Shown here: piece after piece, positions 1 through 10,899 of the stretch
Position numbering within the stretch: the first letter of the stretch is position 1
Layout: each line of letters starts with the position of its first letter
Source of the DNA: Octopus bimaculoides
Lineage: Eukaryota
DNA length: 64,000 bases
Direction: 5' to 3'
Assembly (NCBI RefSeq): GCF_001194135.2
Contig: NC_068983.1
Coordinates: 56,200,598 to 56,264,597, forward strand
Notes under the pieces: generated by a model
Seen by the model: the letters and a program-made list of their open reading frames with translations, nothing else
Database searches by the model: none
Told to the model about the DNA's origin: nothing
Position numbers and translations under genes: made by a program

Positions 1-11
1 CGAACAATTCT

Positions 12-157
12 CATTTCTTTATTGCCCGTAAGGGATTAAACATAGAGGGGACAAACACGGACAGACAAAGGGATTAAGTCGATTACATCGACCCCAGTGC
101 GTGACTGGTACTTAATTTATCGACTCAGAAAGGATGAAAGACCAGCTCGCCGGCTTA
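12..157 (-). mobile_element. SINE family A copy, internally deleted
   Basis: The reverse complement reads GGCGAGCTGG joined directly to CTTTCATCCTTT..GTCGATAAATTAAGTACCAG..CTGGGGTCGATGTAATCGACT..AATAAAGAAAT. It is flanked by the direct repeat cgaacaattct(c/g)at at 1-14 and 170-183. Confidence 0.85.
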
Positions 158-159
158 TT

Positions 160-200
160 GTTTGGTTTTCGAACAATTCTGATCACGAATGAATCGTACT
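160..200. mobile_element. Partial TIR of a second copy of the Tigger-like MITE
   Basis: ggttttcgaacaattctgatcacgaatgaat nearly matches the reverse complement of 1983-2012. Confidence 0.7.
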
Positions 201-264
201 TTAATCTCCTGTCTTTCTAATATTCATTTAATACAGTGGCACCTCGGTTTACGAACGCCTTGAT

Positions 265-1915
265 TTTTATTCCCCACTAGGGGCGAGCACAAATGGGACA
301 ACACATTACATGTGTGGACACAAAACAAGAAAAAAGAACAAGGCAACATATGAGAACATGAAATGACAACGAAAATGAAACAGATGCAACGAAACTACTC
401 GATCTCACCTCCGAGAAACTTCATTTCTAACTTTAATTCCTTTCGAAACTTGTTCCCTCCAAAATATCTATCCCATAATTCTCCAACAATCATCATAAGT
501 TACAAAGGATGGCAGCATATTTCTATCCATCTCCACTTCCCACATCCGATATCCACCTTTGTATTTTGACACTTTCTTTTTTTGTTCCTCTGCAAACAAC
601 ATGCAACCGTGCCAACCCTTAATCTTATCGAATCCCCTTGTTTCTAATTTTTTTTAGGATCTTCCCAAGTTATTACCTCACTGCACAAGTCCTCATTAGC
701 ATCGTCATACATTAATACTGTACATTTTTCCTTTTTTGTCTGGAAGGAGAGAATTTGGGGGTTCTTGCATGCTAGCGTTTTGTTTTTTTTTTGTGTCGGA
801 GGGGAAAGGGTAGGTTTGGTGTCTTTGGGGAGAAGGTGGAACTGAGTAGGTGGGTTGGGGTTCAAATCTGTATAACTTGCTTTCTTCCTTCTTTGCTTTT
901 TGTTCTCTGCAACCTTGCATGACTCATCGTCCCCCTTCACTTCATCTGTTAGTAAGTCCTTTTCCGTTCTTACTGGTTCTCTGGTTTTCTCCTGGTTCTT
1001 CTCGGTTGGTGAAGGACAGTCCGCTCTGATGTAGCCCTTTAGGCCACATTTAAAGCATCGAGGGATTCTGCCCGCCACCCTGACTCTCAACACCGGTCCC
1101 CGACTATCACCGTTTCCAACATGCTTTCCAGGCTCTCCGCCGATCCCTGTATTATTAAATCCAAAGTTTGACTTTTCCAATTTAATGCTTCTAACCTAAT
1201 GGCCTGGTGGACTGCTATTTCATCCTCGTTACCCAGGAATATAGCAGCCGCCCCCAGGTCATGTCAATTTCGGGTGGAATCTCCTCTACCCTCACCCTAG
1301 AAGCTCTCCTTCCAAGGTATGTGGGTAGAAGTACCACACTTTCCGTTCTTAGTGAGGTTGTTGAGTATTGTTTCGCCTTGGCTGTCTCTCTGAGGTGAAC
1401 CTCCATTGTACCGAATCGGTTTCCTCTCGCAAGATATGTAATATCTTGCCAGATTGGTTTCAGGGCCTTTTCTATTTTGTCTGTCGACATTATTTCAGTT
1501 TTTCTCTCTTCAACTGAATACACTTTATAAATAATTGTTTTCTCCTGTATTCCTTTCATGATATCTTGAGGTAGCAACAACTTCACATCGTCACCCCCTC
1601 CGTGCAACATCCGCTCACAGCTCCCCAAGCCTGTCAAATTCACCTCCCCACCCTCCACCTCCGCAACACCCAAACAACTCCTCCCACAGTCCATCTCTCC
1701 ATCAATCCTGTCCATCGCCTTCACGAGCTCCTCTTCCGAGGAAGACAGCCCCGAAGAGCTGCAATCCTCGCACAACATTATTGGCAACAAGCCGCCCCAA
1801 GGCAGCGAAAAACAGTTCACAAAAATATTCAAATGAACACCAACATAAATCCTTCAACAACAAACAACTTCCAGCCTACAAACGACATCTCCGCTTAACC
1901 CGGCTTGCGACCGCC
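265..1915 (-). mobile_element. ORF1-only L1/Tx1-like non-LTR element
   Basis: 7-bp TSD CCTTGAT at 258-264 and 1916-1922. The 3' end is GCCCCTAGTGGGGAATAAAA after a T-rich 3' UTR. It carries a gag-like ORF and I see no APE or RT motifs. Confidence 0.8.
644..1832 (-). pseudogene. Frameshifted ORF1p (gag-like, zinc knuckle)
   Basis: ORFs 1215-1832 and 644-1180 join through two single-base frameshifts (~1256, ~1093), reading ...PPEIDMTW/AAAIFLGNEDE..ETVIVGDR/VLRVRVAGRIPRCFKCGLKGYIRADCP. This is a CX2CX4HX4C knuckle with H changed to Y. Confidence 0.75.
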
Positions 1916-2346
1916 CCTTGATCACGAATAAATTGCGCTTTACATATATATATATAGATATAGATATATATATAAAGCATGATTTATTCGTGATCAGAGT
2001 TGTTCGAAAACCGAGGGACTACTGTATACATTAAAATTGTTTTCGTGTTTAAGTGTGTTTTGGGTCCGTTGGGCGTACAGCACACAATAAATATTTGAAT
2101 ATTCTAATTTCTTTACTGACCATATCAATAATCGTTTATAATCTGGGCAGAAGGTTTGAAAATTGGGGGTAGGGATTAGTCAATATTATCATCTTTTACC
2201 ACTCGACTCTTTTAAAAACATTTTATCTTTATGAAAGGCAAAGTTGACTTCAGGTTTATTTATATTTAGAGCAAGAAGACCTAAATCAAATAACGTAAGT
2301 TATTTTTGCTGATGCTCCAACGATTCTAGCAATAATAATTCTTTCT

Positions 2347-2780
2347 AAGGCGGTGAGCTGGCAGAAACTTTAGCACGCCGGGTGAAATGCTTAGCAGTAT
2401 TTCGTCTGCCGTTACGTTCTGAGTTCAAATTCCGCCGAGGTCGACTTTGTTTTTCATCCTTTCGGGGGTTGATAAATTAAGAACCAGTTACGCACTGGGG
2501 TCGATGTAATTGACTTAATCCCTTTGTCTGTCCTTGTTTGCTCCCTCTATGTTTAGTCCCTTGTGGGCAATAAAGAAATAAGAAACGTTAGCATGCCGGG
2601 CGAAGTGCTTAGCAGTATTTCGTCTGTCTTTACATTCTGAGTTCAAATTCTTCCAAGGTCGACTTTGCCTTTAATCCTTTCGAGGTCGATAAATTAAGTA
2701 CCAGTTGCGTACTAGGGTCGATCAATCGACTGTCCCTATCCCCCAAAACTTCGGGCCTTGTGCCTAGAGCAGAAGAGACA
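2347..2780 (+). mobile_element. Dimeric SINE family A
   Basis: Two tandem units, each with the GAGTTCAAATTC B-box-like motif and the GTCGACTTTGCCTTTCATCC core. The two units have different 3' tails. Confidence 0.9.
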
Positions 2781-3019
2781 TTTTGGTATAAGGCGAGATG
2801 TTTTAGAAGGAGGTGGTTAATCAATCACGTCGACTCATACTATTTGATCAGTATTTTATTTCATCAATCCTGAATAGATAAGATTAAGATGACTCAAGTG
2901 GGAATTGATCCCAGAACGTTAAGAAAGGCATCAAAGAAAACAGAACATAGATTTTTTTATCGAAATTAAAGTTTCTGCCAAAACACCGCCATCGTTAGTA
3001 ACAATAATAATCCTTCTTA

Positions 3020-3230
3020 CGTTAGCCACAAAACCTGGGAATTTTGTGGGAAGATGGTAAGTGACTACAGCGACTCAAGGGCTCAACTGGCACTTAATTT
3101 ATCGACCCTGAAAAGATGAAAGGCAAAGTCGATCTTGGCAGCATTTCATTTCAGAATGTAAAGTCAGGAAGAATGCTGCTAAGCACTTTGTCCGGTGTGA
3201 TAACAGTTCTGCCTGTTCTCCGCCTTGATT
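3020..3230 (-). mobile_element. SINE family A, diverged
   Basis: TTTATCGACCCTGAAAAGATGAAAGGCAAAGTCGA core. Confidence 0.8.
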
Positions 3231-3666
3231 AGCAACAGTAATAATAACGATTTGTAACATAGCTACATGATCACAGTCTCTATGGGCGGAATATAAACGA
3301 TTATATTATATTAATTAATAATTTCACTGATATTTAGTTAACGATTTATGAAAGATGACAACCGAAGATAACCGTGGCAGGCTCTGATTGCAGAAACTGA
3401 AAGCACGTTATGTCATCGCTTATTTTGCTTCATTATCAACGAAACTAACATCACATCACACATCACACATTTTGTTTTTCTGGAACCCGAAGACTCATAA
3501 AGGCATCTAAGTGGTTTCCATGGCGTATAAGCGACCGAGATTACAGCATATCCCTGAACGGGACGCTGGTGTGTTGCAGGGATCAAGATTAGCAATTTTG
3601 AAGGAAGAGGGAAGAGGCAAACCTCTTGATCGCTACTTTATTTTGTCAACTTCAAAGGGCATGAAA

Positions 3667-4203
3667 CACTAGCGTAGCTAGAGTGTGGGCCACCTGGGGC
3701 GGCCTTTCCGTTTGCCGTTCCCGGACCCCACAAAAATCACATAATACTCTTTACTCTTTTACTTGTTTCAGTCATTTGACTGCGGCCATGCAGGAGCACT
3801 GCCTTTAGTCGAGCAAATCGACCCTGGGACTTATTCTTTGTAAGCCTAGTACTTATTCTATCGGTCTCTTTTGCCGAACTACTAAGTTACGGGGACATAA
3901 ACACACCAGCATCGGTTGTCAAGCAATGCTAGGGGGACAAACACACACACACACACACACACATATGTATACATATATACGACGGGCTTCTTTCAATTTC
4001 CGTCAACCAGTTCCACTTACAAGGCTTTGGTCGGCCCGAAGCTATAGTAGAAGATACTTGCACAAGGTGCCACGCATTGGGACTGAACCCGGAACCATGT
4101 GGTTCGTAAGCAAGCTACTTACCACACAGTCACTCCTGCGCCTATTGCCTACAGCAGACCCAAAAGTGACGCCTGGGGCGGACCGCCCCTACCTACGCTA
4201 ATA
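3667..4203. mobile_element. hAT-type MITE, itself containing a family B SINE
   Basis: Imperfect TIRs CACTAGCGTAGCTAG and CTACCTACGCTAATA. The 8-bp TSDs GCATGAAA and GGATCAAA are each one mismatch from the host consensus GGATGAAA. Confidence 0.7.
3745..4145 (-). mobile_element. SINE family B, full length
   Basis: Head GGCGCAGGAGTGACTGTGTGGTAAG..GGTTCAGTCCC, a central microsatellite and a (AAAAGAGT)n tail. Confidence 0.9.
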
Positions 4204-4428
4204 GGATCAAAGGCAAAGTTGATATCAACAGGATTTGAACATAGAAAGTACAGAGGTGGAAGGAATGCTGCTAACAAATTTTGTCCGACGCATTAACGAT
4301 TCTGCCATCGAACAGCCAGTGCTATGCATCTACTAGAAAATAATGGTTTCATTCTTAGCACAAGACAAGTAATTTCAGGGGAGGAGGGCAGTCGATTACA
4401 TCGACCCCATGTGCACAACCGGTAATTA

Positions 4429-4605
4429 CCATATTTTAACGTGTATAATGAATCCCTTTTGTCAAAAATTAGGTTTAAAATATATGAGTTTCTTATACGT
4501 GGATAGTACTATAATCCCTTACAAAACCTTCTTTCCAAATTTTAAGCCTCCAAAATTAGGGGGTTCCTCATACACGAGGGTTCTTTATACACGTTAAAAA
4601 TACAG
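4429..4605. mobile_element. Tc1/mariner-superfamily MITE (Tc2-like terminus)
   Basis: TA-CCATATTTTAACGTGTATAA at the left and TTATACACGTTAAAAATACAG-TA at the right. Confidence 0.8.
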
Positions 4606-4622
4606 TAAATTATCAACATCGA

Positions 4623-5060
4623 CAGGAGGCGAGCTGGCAGAAACGTTAGCACGCTGAGCCAAAATGCTTAACGGTATTTCGTCTGTCTTCACGTTCTGAG
4701 TTCAAATTCCACCGAGGTCGACTTTGCCTTTCATCGTTTTGAGGTCGATAAATTAAGTACCAGATACGCACTGGGGTCGATGTAATCGACTTAATCCCTT
4801 TGTCTGTCCTTGTTTGTCCCCTCTATGTTTAGCCCCTTGTGGGCAGTAAAGAGATAAGAAACGTTAGCACGCCGAGCGAAATGCTTAACAGTATTTCGTC
4901 TGTCTTCGTGTTCTGAGTTCAAACTCCGTCGAGGTCGACTTTGCCTTTCATCCTTTCGGAGATCGATAAATTAAGTACCAGTTGCGTACTGGGGGTCGAT
5001 CTAATCGACTAACCCCCACCTCCCAAAATTTCGGGCCTTGTTCCTAGAGTAGAAAAGAAT
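4623..5060 (+). mobile_element. Dimeric SINE family A with TSD
   Basis: 13-bp TSD TTATCAACATCGA at 4610-4622 and 5061-5073. Confidence 0.92.
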
Positions 5061-5559
5061 TTATCAACATCGAATGGATGAAAGGCAAAGTCGACCTCGG
5101 CTGAATATGAAACCAGAACGTAAAAACGGACGAAATAACGCTAAGCATTATGTCCGGCGCGGTAACGATTCTGCTAGCTCACAGCATTTGCTATGCTTCT
5201 CCTAGTGATAATGTTTTCTTTCATTGGCAAAATGACCTGAACAGTTCAACAGACTCCAATGCTTCAATCATACTTAAGCAGTCGACCTCAATTACTTATT
5301 GTGTGTTCACCATAGCCTTCAAAAGGACACTAACGGTTTCGTGACGCGAATGTTTATATTTATGGTTATTGCAAATTGCGTAGATTATATACAATCTATT
5401 AATTCTGATTTATATACAATCGATTTCTAAATTTTAGGACAGTTGATTCAAAATATCAATAAATCATTGCATTATTTTTTGGTAGTATTTCTTTTATTTC
5501 TATCGTTGAAAAATATTGAAATTTCGATGTGTGTGTTCGTGTGTCTGCGTAGACACGCA

Positions 5560-5747
5560 GACACGTGCATACATACACGCACACACACACATACACACAC
5601 AAATACAACCATATATGTATATATGTTCATATGTATATATTTACATATATATATGTGTGTGTGTGTGCGTATATATATATATATATACATACATATATAA
5701 GTATGTATAGTTGTATGTATGTATATCTCTATATCTATGTTTATGAC

Positions 5748-5778
<31 letters not shown>

Positions 5779-5830
5779 TATGCATACACAGGCATACACA
5801 CACGGACATATATATATATATATATATTAA
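5560..5830. repeat. Compound (CA)n/(TA)n/(TG)n microsatellite
   Basis: Read directly from the sequence. Confidence 0.95.
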
Positions 5831-5985
5831 CGTTTGATTTTATGTCAAGTTATATAAAAACTTAACATTAACTGAAGGATTGCTCAATATTTTCAGCAGA
5901 ATACATGTTTGATAAATGTTGAAGTCATAGTAACTTCGAAGTTTAATAAACTTTACACACCCCCACGCACATGCACATAGATATA

Positions 5986-6217
5986 CAGGGTTGGCCCAAA
6001 GTCACCCGACAGTAAATCAAAATTCCATTTATACTATCTGTAATACTGTATTGACTCGAATGGGAAAATGTGTCGCTCAAGAAGGACTTCAGTTAGAACA
6101 ATTTTCATGATGTTTCATATTTAGATGCTTTCATTAAATTCATTCAGTTGTTAAACATAAATGAATCTTGGAATTAAATTGTTTTGATTTACTGTCAGGT
6201 GATTTTGGCCAACCCTG
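5986..6217. mobile_element. Tc1/mariner MITE, 232 bp
   Basis: ~37-bp TIRs CAGGGTTGGCCCAAAGTCACCCGACAGTAAATCAAAA and TTTTGATTTACTGTCAGGTGATTTTGGCCAACCCTG, flanked by TA. Confidence 0.9.
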
Positions 6218-8469
6218 TATATATATNNNNNNNNNNNNNNNNNNNNNNNNNNNNNNNNNNNNNNNNNNNNNNNNNNNNNNNNNNNNNNNNNNNNNNNNNN
6301 NNNNNNNNNNNNNNNNNNNNNNNNNNNNNNNNNNNNNNNNNNNNNNNNNNNNNNNNNNNNNNNNNNNNNNNNNNNNNNNNNNNNNNNNNNNNNNNNNNNN
6401 NNNNNNNNNNNNNNNNNNNNNNNNNNNNNNNNNNNNNNNNNNTATATATAGATTAGTAGAGTTAGCGGTTAGTTGGAATAACCGTCTAAGGGATAAGAGT
6501 AATAAGAGCATCTGTTTTACTACCGGTGTAAATTACCTATGTTAACCCTGAGCATACATATGCAAGCATATTATGCTCATAGGATACAGGCAATAACAAA
6601 AATAGACAAAAATAAGCAAACATTTGATTCCTGATAAACTTTTGTTTATATATTTATATATAGTTGAAATTTATAGAAGAACAAAAGACGGAAACAGGTG
6701 TATGAACAACAAGCAGGTGTATTAGTTTGACGCTCGGGCAAATGAAAAAGTCTTTTACGTTTCAAGTCTACGCTCTTCAATAGAGAGGATTAAGAGAAAA
6801 TAAACTGAGACAGAATGAAAAAAAGAAAACTTGTAGATTTAGCAGTTAAGCATATATCACAGATGCGTGCGTCTGTGTGTCTTTGTGGGAACAGGGCTTT
6901 TGAAGATGGTTGCATAAATATTTATTAAACTAACGTTAGAGAAGTTTGCAAAATGCTCTTGGAATTGTCGATGTCAGCAAGCAATTACTGGTACTGGGGA
7001 ATATCAGCAGATCAACGTATATACAGAAGAGAAATGAAGTTAATAAGTGATTGGCTCACCAATGGAATCACCACTACATACATCACTGCATCCTTGCTCT
7101 CGTTTGTCCATGAAACGTGAGCAATTTTTGTAATTGGTGTCTTATTAGCCTTCATTACTGCCTTCAGATGCTCTCGTATACTAGTGAAATATCTAAGATA
7201 TAATATTTTTTATAACCTTGCAAATGGGGATGATCTCAAATCCACTTTCATTTATTATACTAAGCTCCAAATAAGATTAACACTCACTGAAGAGACTTGA
7301 TAAGACCGGAGCATGTACAGACTTGTCACCATACTTATCAAAGATCAAATTCATTCTCTACTGCATTAGTATGCCCTCATTTCAATTTTTGTTCAATTTG
7401 TATTTCAAAGCCTTCTCGTTTCTCTGGACAAAGAATTTTCATTGAAACTAATAAATTTTTTCTTCATTATTGGAAGTCCATTTTAATTGATTAACTATTT
7501 CGAGAGCTCATTGATTTAAGTATATTAGCCCCTCGCTTCGCTACGCATTTCAATGTTTTCAGAGACGCCATTGCCTTCTTAAGTGTATCTAATACTCTCA
7601 GATTTCGTGGTTGGTGAGTGGTTGCAACTTTTTGCTTTAGATATGTAATCCTACTAGCTTGAGTAACCTGGCTAGTAGATGAGTCGAATCACCAGATAGA
7701 ATTGCTCTCCAGGTCGTATACAGCTCGAACTGTTATCAGTCTTAATAGAAGCACAGGAAAACCAGAGTAAAATTACTTTTCTTTAAAATATTTCTGTTTT
7801 GTAGGTTCATGCATTCTCGTTTTCTTTCTCAGCTCAGTAAAAACATTTTGAATAATGGCTTAACCTTTAGAAGAAGACTACATTAAAAAGGATTAACAAT
7901 ATTTATATTGTTTATAATACGTCAATACTGAGTTGTTACTAACAGTTTAAACCAATCAATGAATTCGATATACTGTAATTACATTTCTAATTCCAGTTTC
8001 CCTTGGTTCTGATTATATTCCTGGCTTCGTTGCCTCAATGGCGATATTCAAATTAGTAGGGAATACTGAAACAAGCAATTCGTGTTAAATTCAAGCCGAC
8101 AACATTTCTCTCCAATACCTCGTTGTCGCCTCTATACTCCATTTTGTTCTTCAACGTGAATGTATAATGTAAACGTATATTAAATAAAAACAACTTCGGC
8201 GACACGAATCTGCTGTTTGTACGAGCACTGACATCTTTTAGTTCCCGAAACACAAAATACTTCAAACAATGAAGATCTGTTCATCGAACACACATATAAA
8301 AGATTTTCGGTATTTTCCCTCTTTATAAGATAATTGCCCGATAAAATATGAGGAGTGCCTTGGCAGCTTGTTATTGTAAGGGAGATAATCACTTCTAGAT
8401 CTGTCATGGCGTAGAAGTTTGAGTTTTAAATCGAAGAGGAACACAGAAAACGCACACAATTTATGTATT

Positions 8470-8645
8470 TGTAGACGCAAGCGTGGCTGTATGGTAAGAA
8501 GCTTGCTTCCAAACCACACAGTTCCAAATTTCAGTACCGCTGCAAGGCACTTCGGGCAGCTGAAACTGTCTTGCACTATTACCGTGGATCAACTAAAGCC
8601 TTGCGAGTGGATTTGATAACCGGAAACTGAAGGAAGTCCATCACA
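8470..8645 (+). mobile_element. SINE family B, 5' half
   Basis: GTGGCTGTATGGTAAGAAGCTTGCTTCC..AAAGCCTTGCGAGTGGATTTG. Confidence 0.8.
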
Positions 8646-9354
8646 CATACACATAAACACACATATATGTATCGCGTACATATATATATATATATATATA
8701 TATANNNNNNNNNNNNNNNNNNNNNNNNNNNNNNNNNNNNNNNNNNNNNNNNNNNNNNNNNNNNNNNNNNNNNNNNNNNNNNNNNNNNNNNNNNNNNNNN
8801 NNNNNNNNNNNNNNNNNNNNNNNNNNNNNNNNNNNNNNNNNNNNNNNNNNNNNNNNNNNNNNNNNNNNNNNNNNNNNNNNNNNNNNNNNNNNNNNNNNNN
8901 NNNNNNNNNNNNNNNNNNNNNNNNNNNNNNNNNNNNNNNNNNNNNNNNNNNNNNNNNNNNNNNNNNNNNNNNNNNNNNNNNNNNNNNNNNNNNNNNNNNN
9001 NNNNNNNNNNNNNNNNNNNNNNNNNNNNNNNNNNNNNNNNNNNNNNNNNNNNNNNNNNNNNNNNNNNNNNNNNNNNNNNNNNNNNNNNNNNNNNNNNNNN
9101 NNNNNNNNNNNNNNNNNNNNNNNNNTATATATATATATATATATATATGTAGGTATGTATGTATGTATATGTATATATATATATATGTGGATTATATCGA
9201 ATGAAATCGTCTTTTGGTGATTGTACTGAGGAAAGTTTTACAGAATTTGCAAGGGTAACATACACTCGAACTGATTTACGTAATTTTCTCTAAACATATT
9301 TAAGCAAAAAGGTAAAAGTAACCTCTGGACATAACTGTTTCGAGTTCCAGAACT

Positions 9355-9560
9355 CCTAGGCCTGGCCACCCGGTTTCGATAGCATGTAAGTGACACCGAG
9401 ATCACAACATTCCCTTGGATGGTACGTCAGTCAATAACAGCTGAGAGGATTGAAGAAGCGTGAAGTGAAGTGTTTCACTCAAAAGGACAACATTTCACTC
9501 GGCCCAGAAATGGAAACCTCGATTTTACGTATAACACTCCTAACCACTACGCCACGTTCC
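9355..9560 (-). mobile_element. SINE family D, diverged
   Basis: TCCCTTGGATGGTACGTCAGTC..GTGAAGTGTTTCACTCAAAAGGACAAC..CCTAACCACTACGCCACG, similar to 46690-46860. Confidence 0.6.
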
Positions 9561-10863
9561 TTCATCCCAAGCTTATTGGGAAAACGTTAGTCTAGTACGA
9601 GGTAATAATGATAGGCTTATTTAGCTAAACAGTATCTCAGGTGACAACGATTGTGTATTGTAACTGTTTTATTGTATCTATTCACACCGATTATGAGAGT
9701 CTTAAAGTAGCCGTAAGTAACAGGGCATTGGGCAACCTGCTAAAATGCTGGAGTTCGATACTAATGCAGTGTTTCGTTGTGTATTTGAACTGTTCATTGA
9801 GTTACGAGCGCCCATCATTATACTAAGGTGAATGGGAATAAGGATCTTCACAACTGGGAATTTTATCTTGGATGGATATATCCTACGCATATCCATCAGC
9901 TTAACATCCAAAAACTGGAGCTAAGTACCTCAGGGCTGTGGAGAGTTGAACGTTTTTATCTCTATTATCAAATTGGTGGACTGGGCCAACGAGAATGGTT
10001 GGGATGAAGGGATGAAAGCAAAACCTGTCCAATAAATCTAAAAGGAAAATCTAGCCAACTAACACGGCTTTATAGCAGAACTAACTGAAGCAATAATAAT
10101 CTAACGGAAAATATAAAATCTGCCAAAATAAACAAGCAAAAACAGAATTCTCATAGCAACGTTTCTTCCAAATGGCCATAAAATGAATTCCATTTGCTAG
10201 AAATCACTCTGCTAATATTCAAAATACGTGTTGTGTGGCTTTAAAATTGCATGCAGAAATATGCATTTTCTAATTCCCTCCTGCAAAGCAAGGCGGAACT
10301 GATTGTAAAATGTGCCGATTATGATGATGATGATGATGACGACGACTATAATAATGATAATGACGATGATGATGATGATAATGTCAATGATGATGATGCT
10401 GTTGTTGGTGGTGGGGGTTGTAAAGATGTAGCCATGTAGATTCAACTGAATGCATTATCGATTTGTGTAAACAGTTGCGTGTCGAACAGTGTTCAAAGTG
10501 AGCTTTGGTGATGTATAGTCTTAGTTGTATAATCGAAATGTTCTCACTCGTTTGTAATATAGGGAAAAATTGCATTTGTGTTTCCAAACGCAATATCTAT
10601 GAGAGTTTGTTGTTGAAAAGGGTGGGAGGAGGAGGTTTACGTTTGTAAATAAAGTAGCGGCATCTAATGATGCTAGAATACGTAGCTATTACAATTATTT
10701 CTTCATTGAAACGGGTAATTAAAATGCATGATAAAATGCATTTACGAATTACATGCAGGGATTCATCGACGAAAAAGCAATAGAGAAGATAACGAACGAA
10801 ACATATTGGCACGCACACGCAAAAGAGTCAAACAAAGATACTTTGTATCTCATTCTTTTTCGC

Positions 10864-10899
<36 letters not shown>

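Larger units (their letters stand above)
234..2024. mobile_element. pogo/Tigger-like MITE (about 135 bp when empty) interrupted by a LINE insertion
   Basis: TA-CAGTGGCACCTCGGTTTACGAAC at the left end and GTTCGAAAACCGAGGGACTACTG-TA at the right end. Removing 265-1922 restores a ~50 bp TIR pair around a (TA)n core. Confidence 0.85.
3590..4310 (-). mobile_element. Old SINE family A copy hosting a hAT MITE
   Basis: The core is split at the GGATGAAA motif, with halves at 3590-3666 and 4204-4310. Confidence 0.7.
4355..5175 (-). mobile_element. Old SINE family A copy hosting a MITE and a dimeric SINE
   Basis: GTCGATTACATCGACCCC at 4391 continues as GGATGAAAGGCAAAGTCGACCTCGG at 5076. Confidence 0.75.

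Noticed and set aside
5443-5837. ORFs rich in HT, CV, YI or LS repeats (also at 14753, 39487, 43337 and 58630)
   Set aside because: They are translations of microsatellites.
7520-8300. Helitron 3' end and helicase remnant
   Set aside because: Only a GCGTAGCGAAGCG hairpin-like motif and KLVGLHI are present. There is no CTRR end and no convincing domain.
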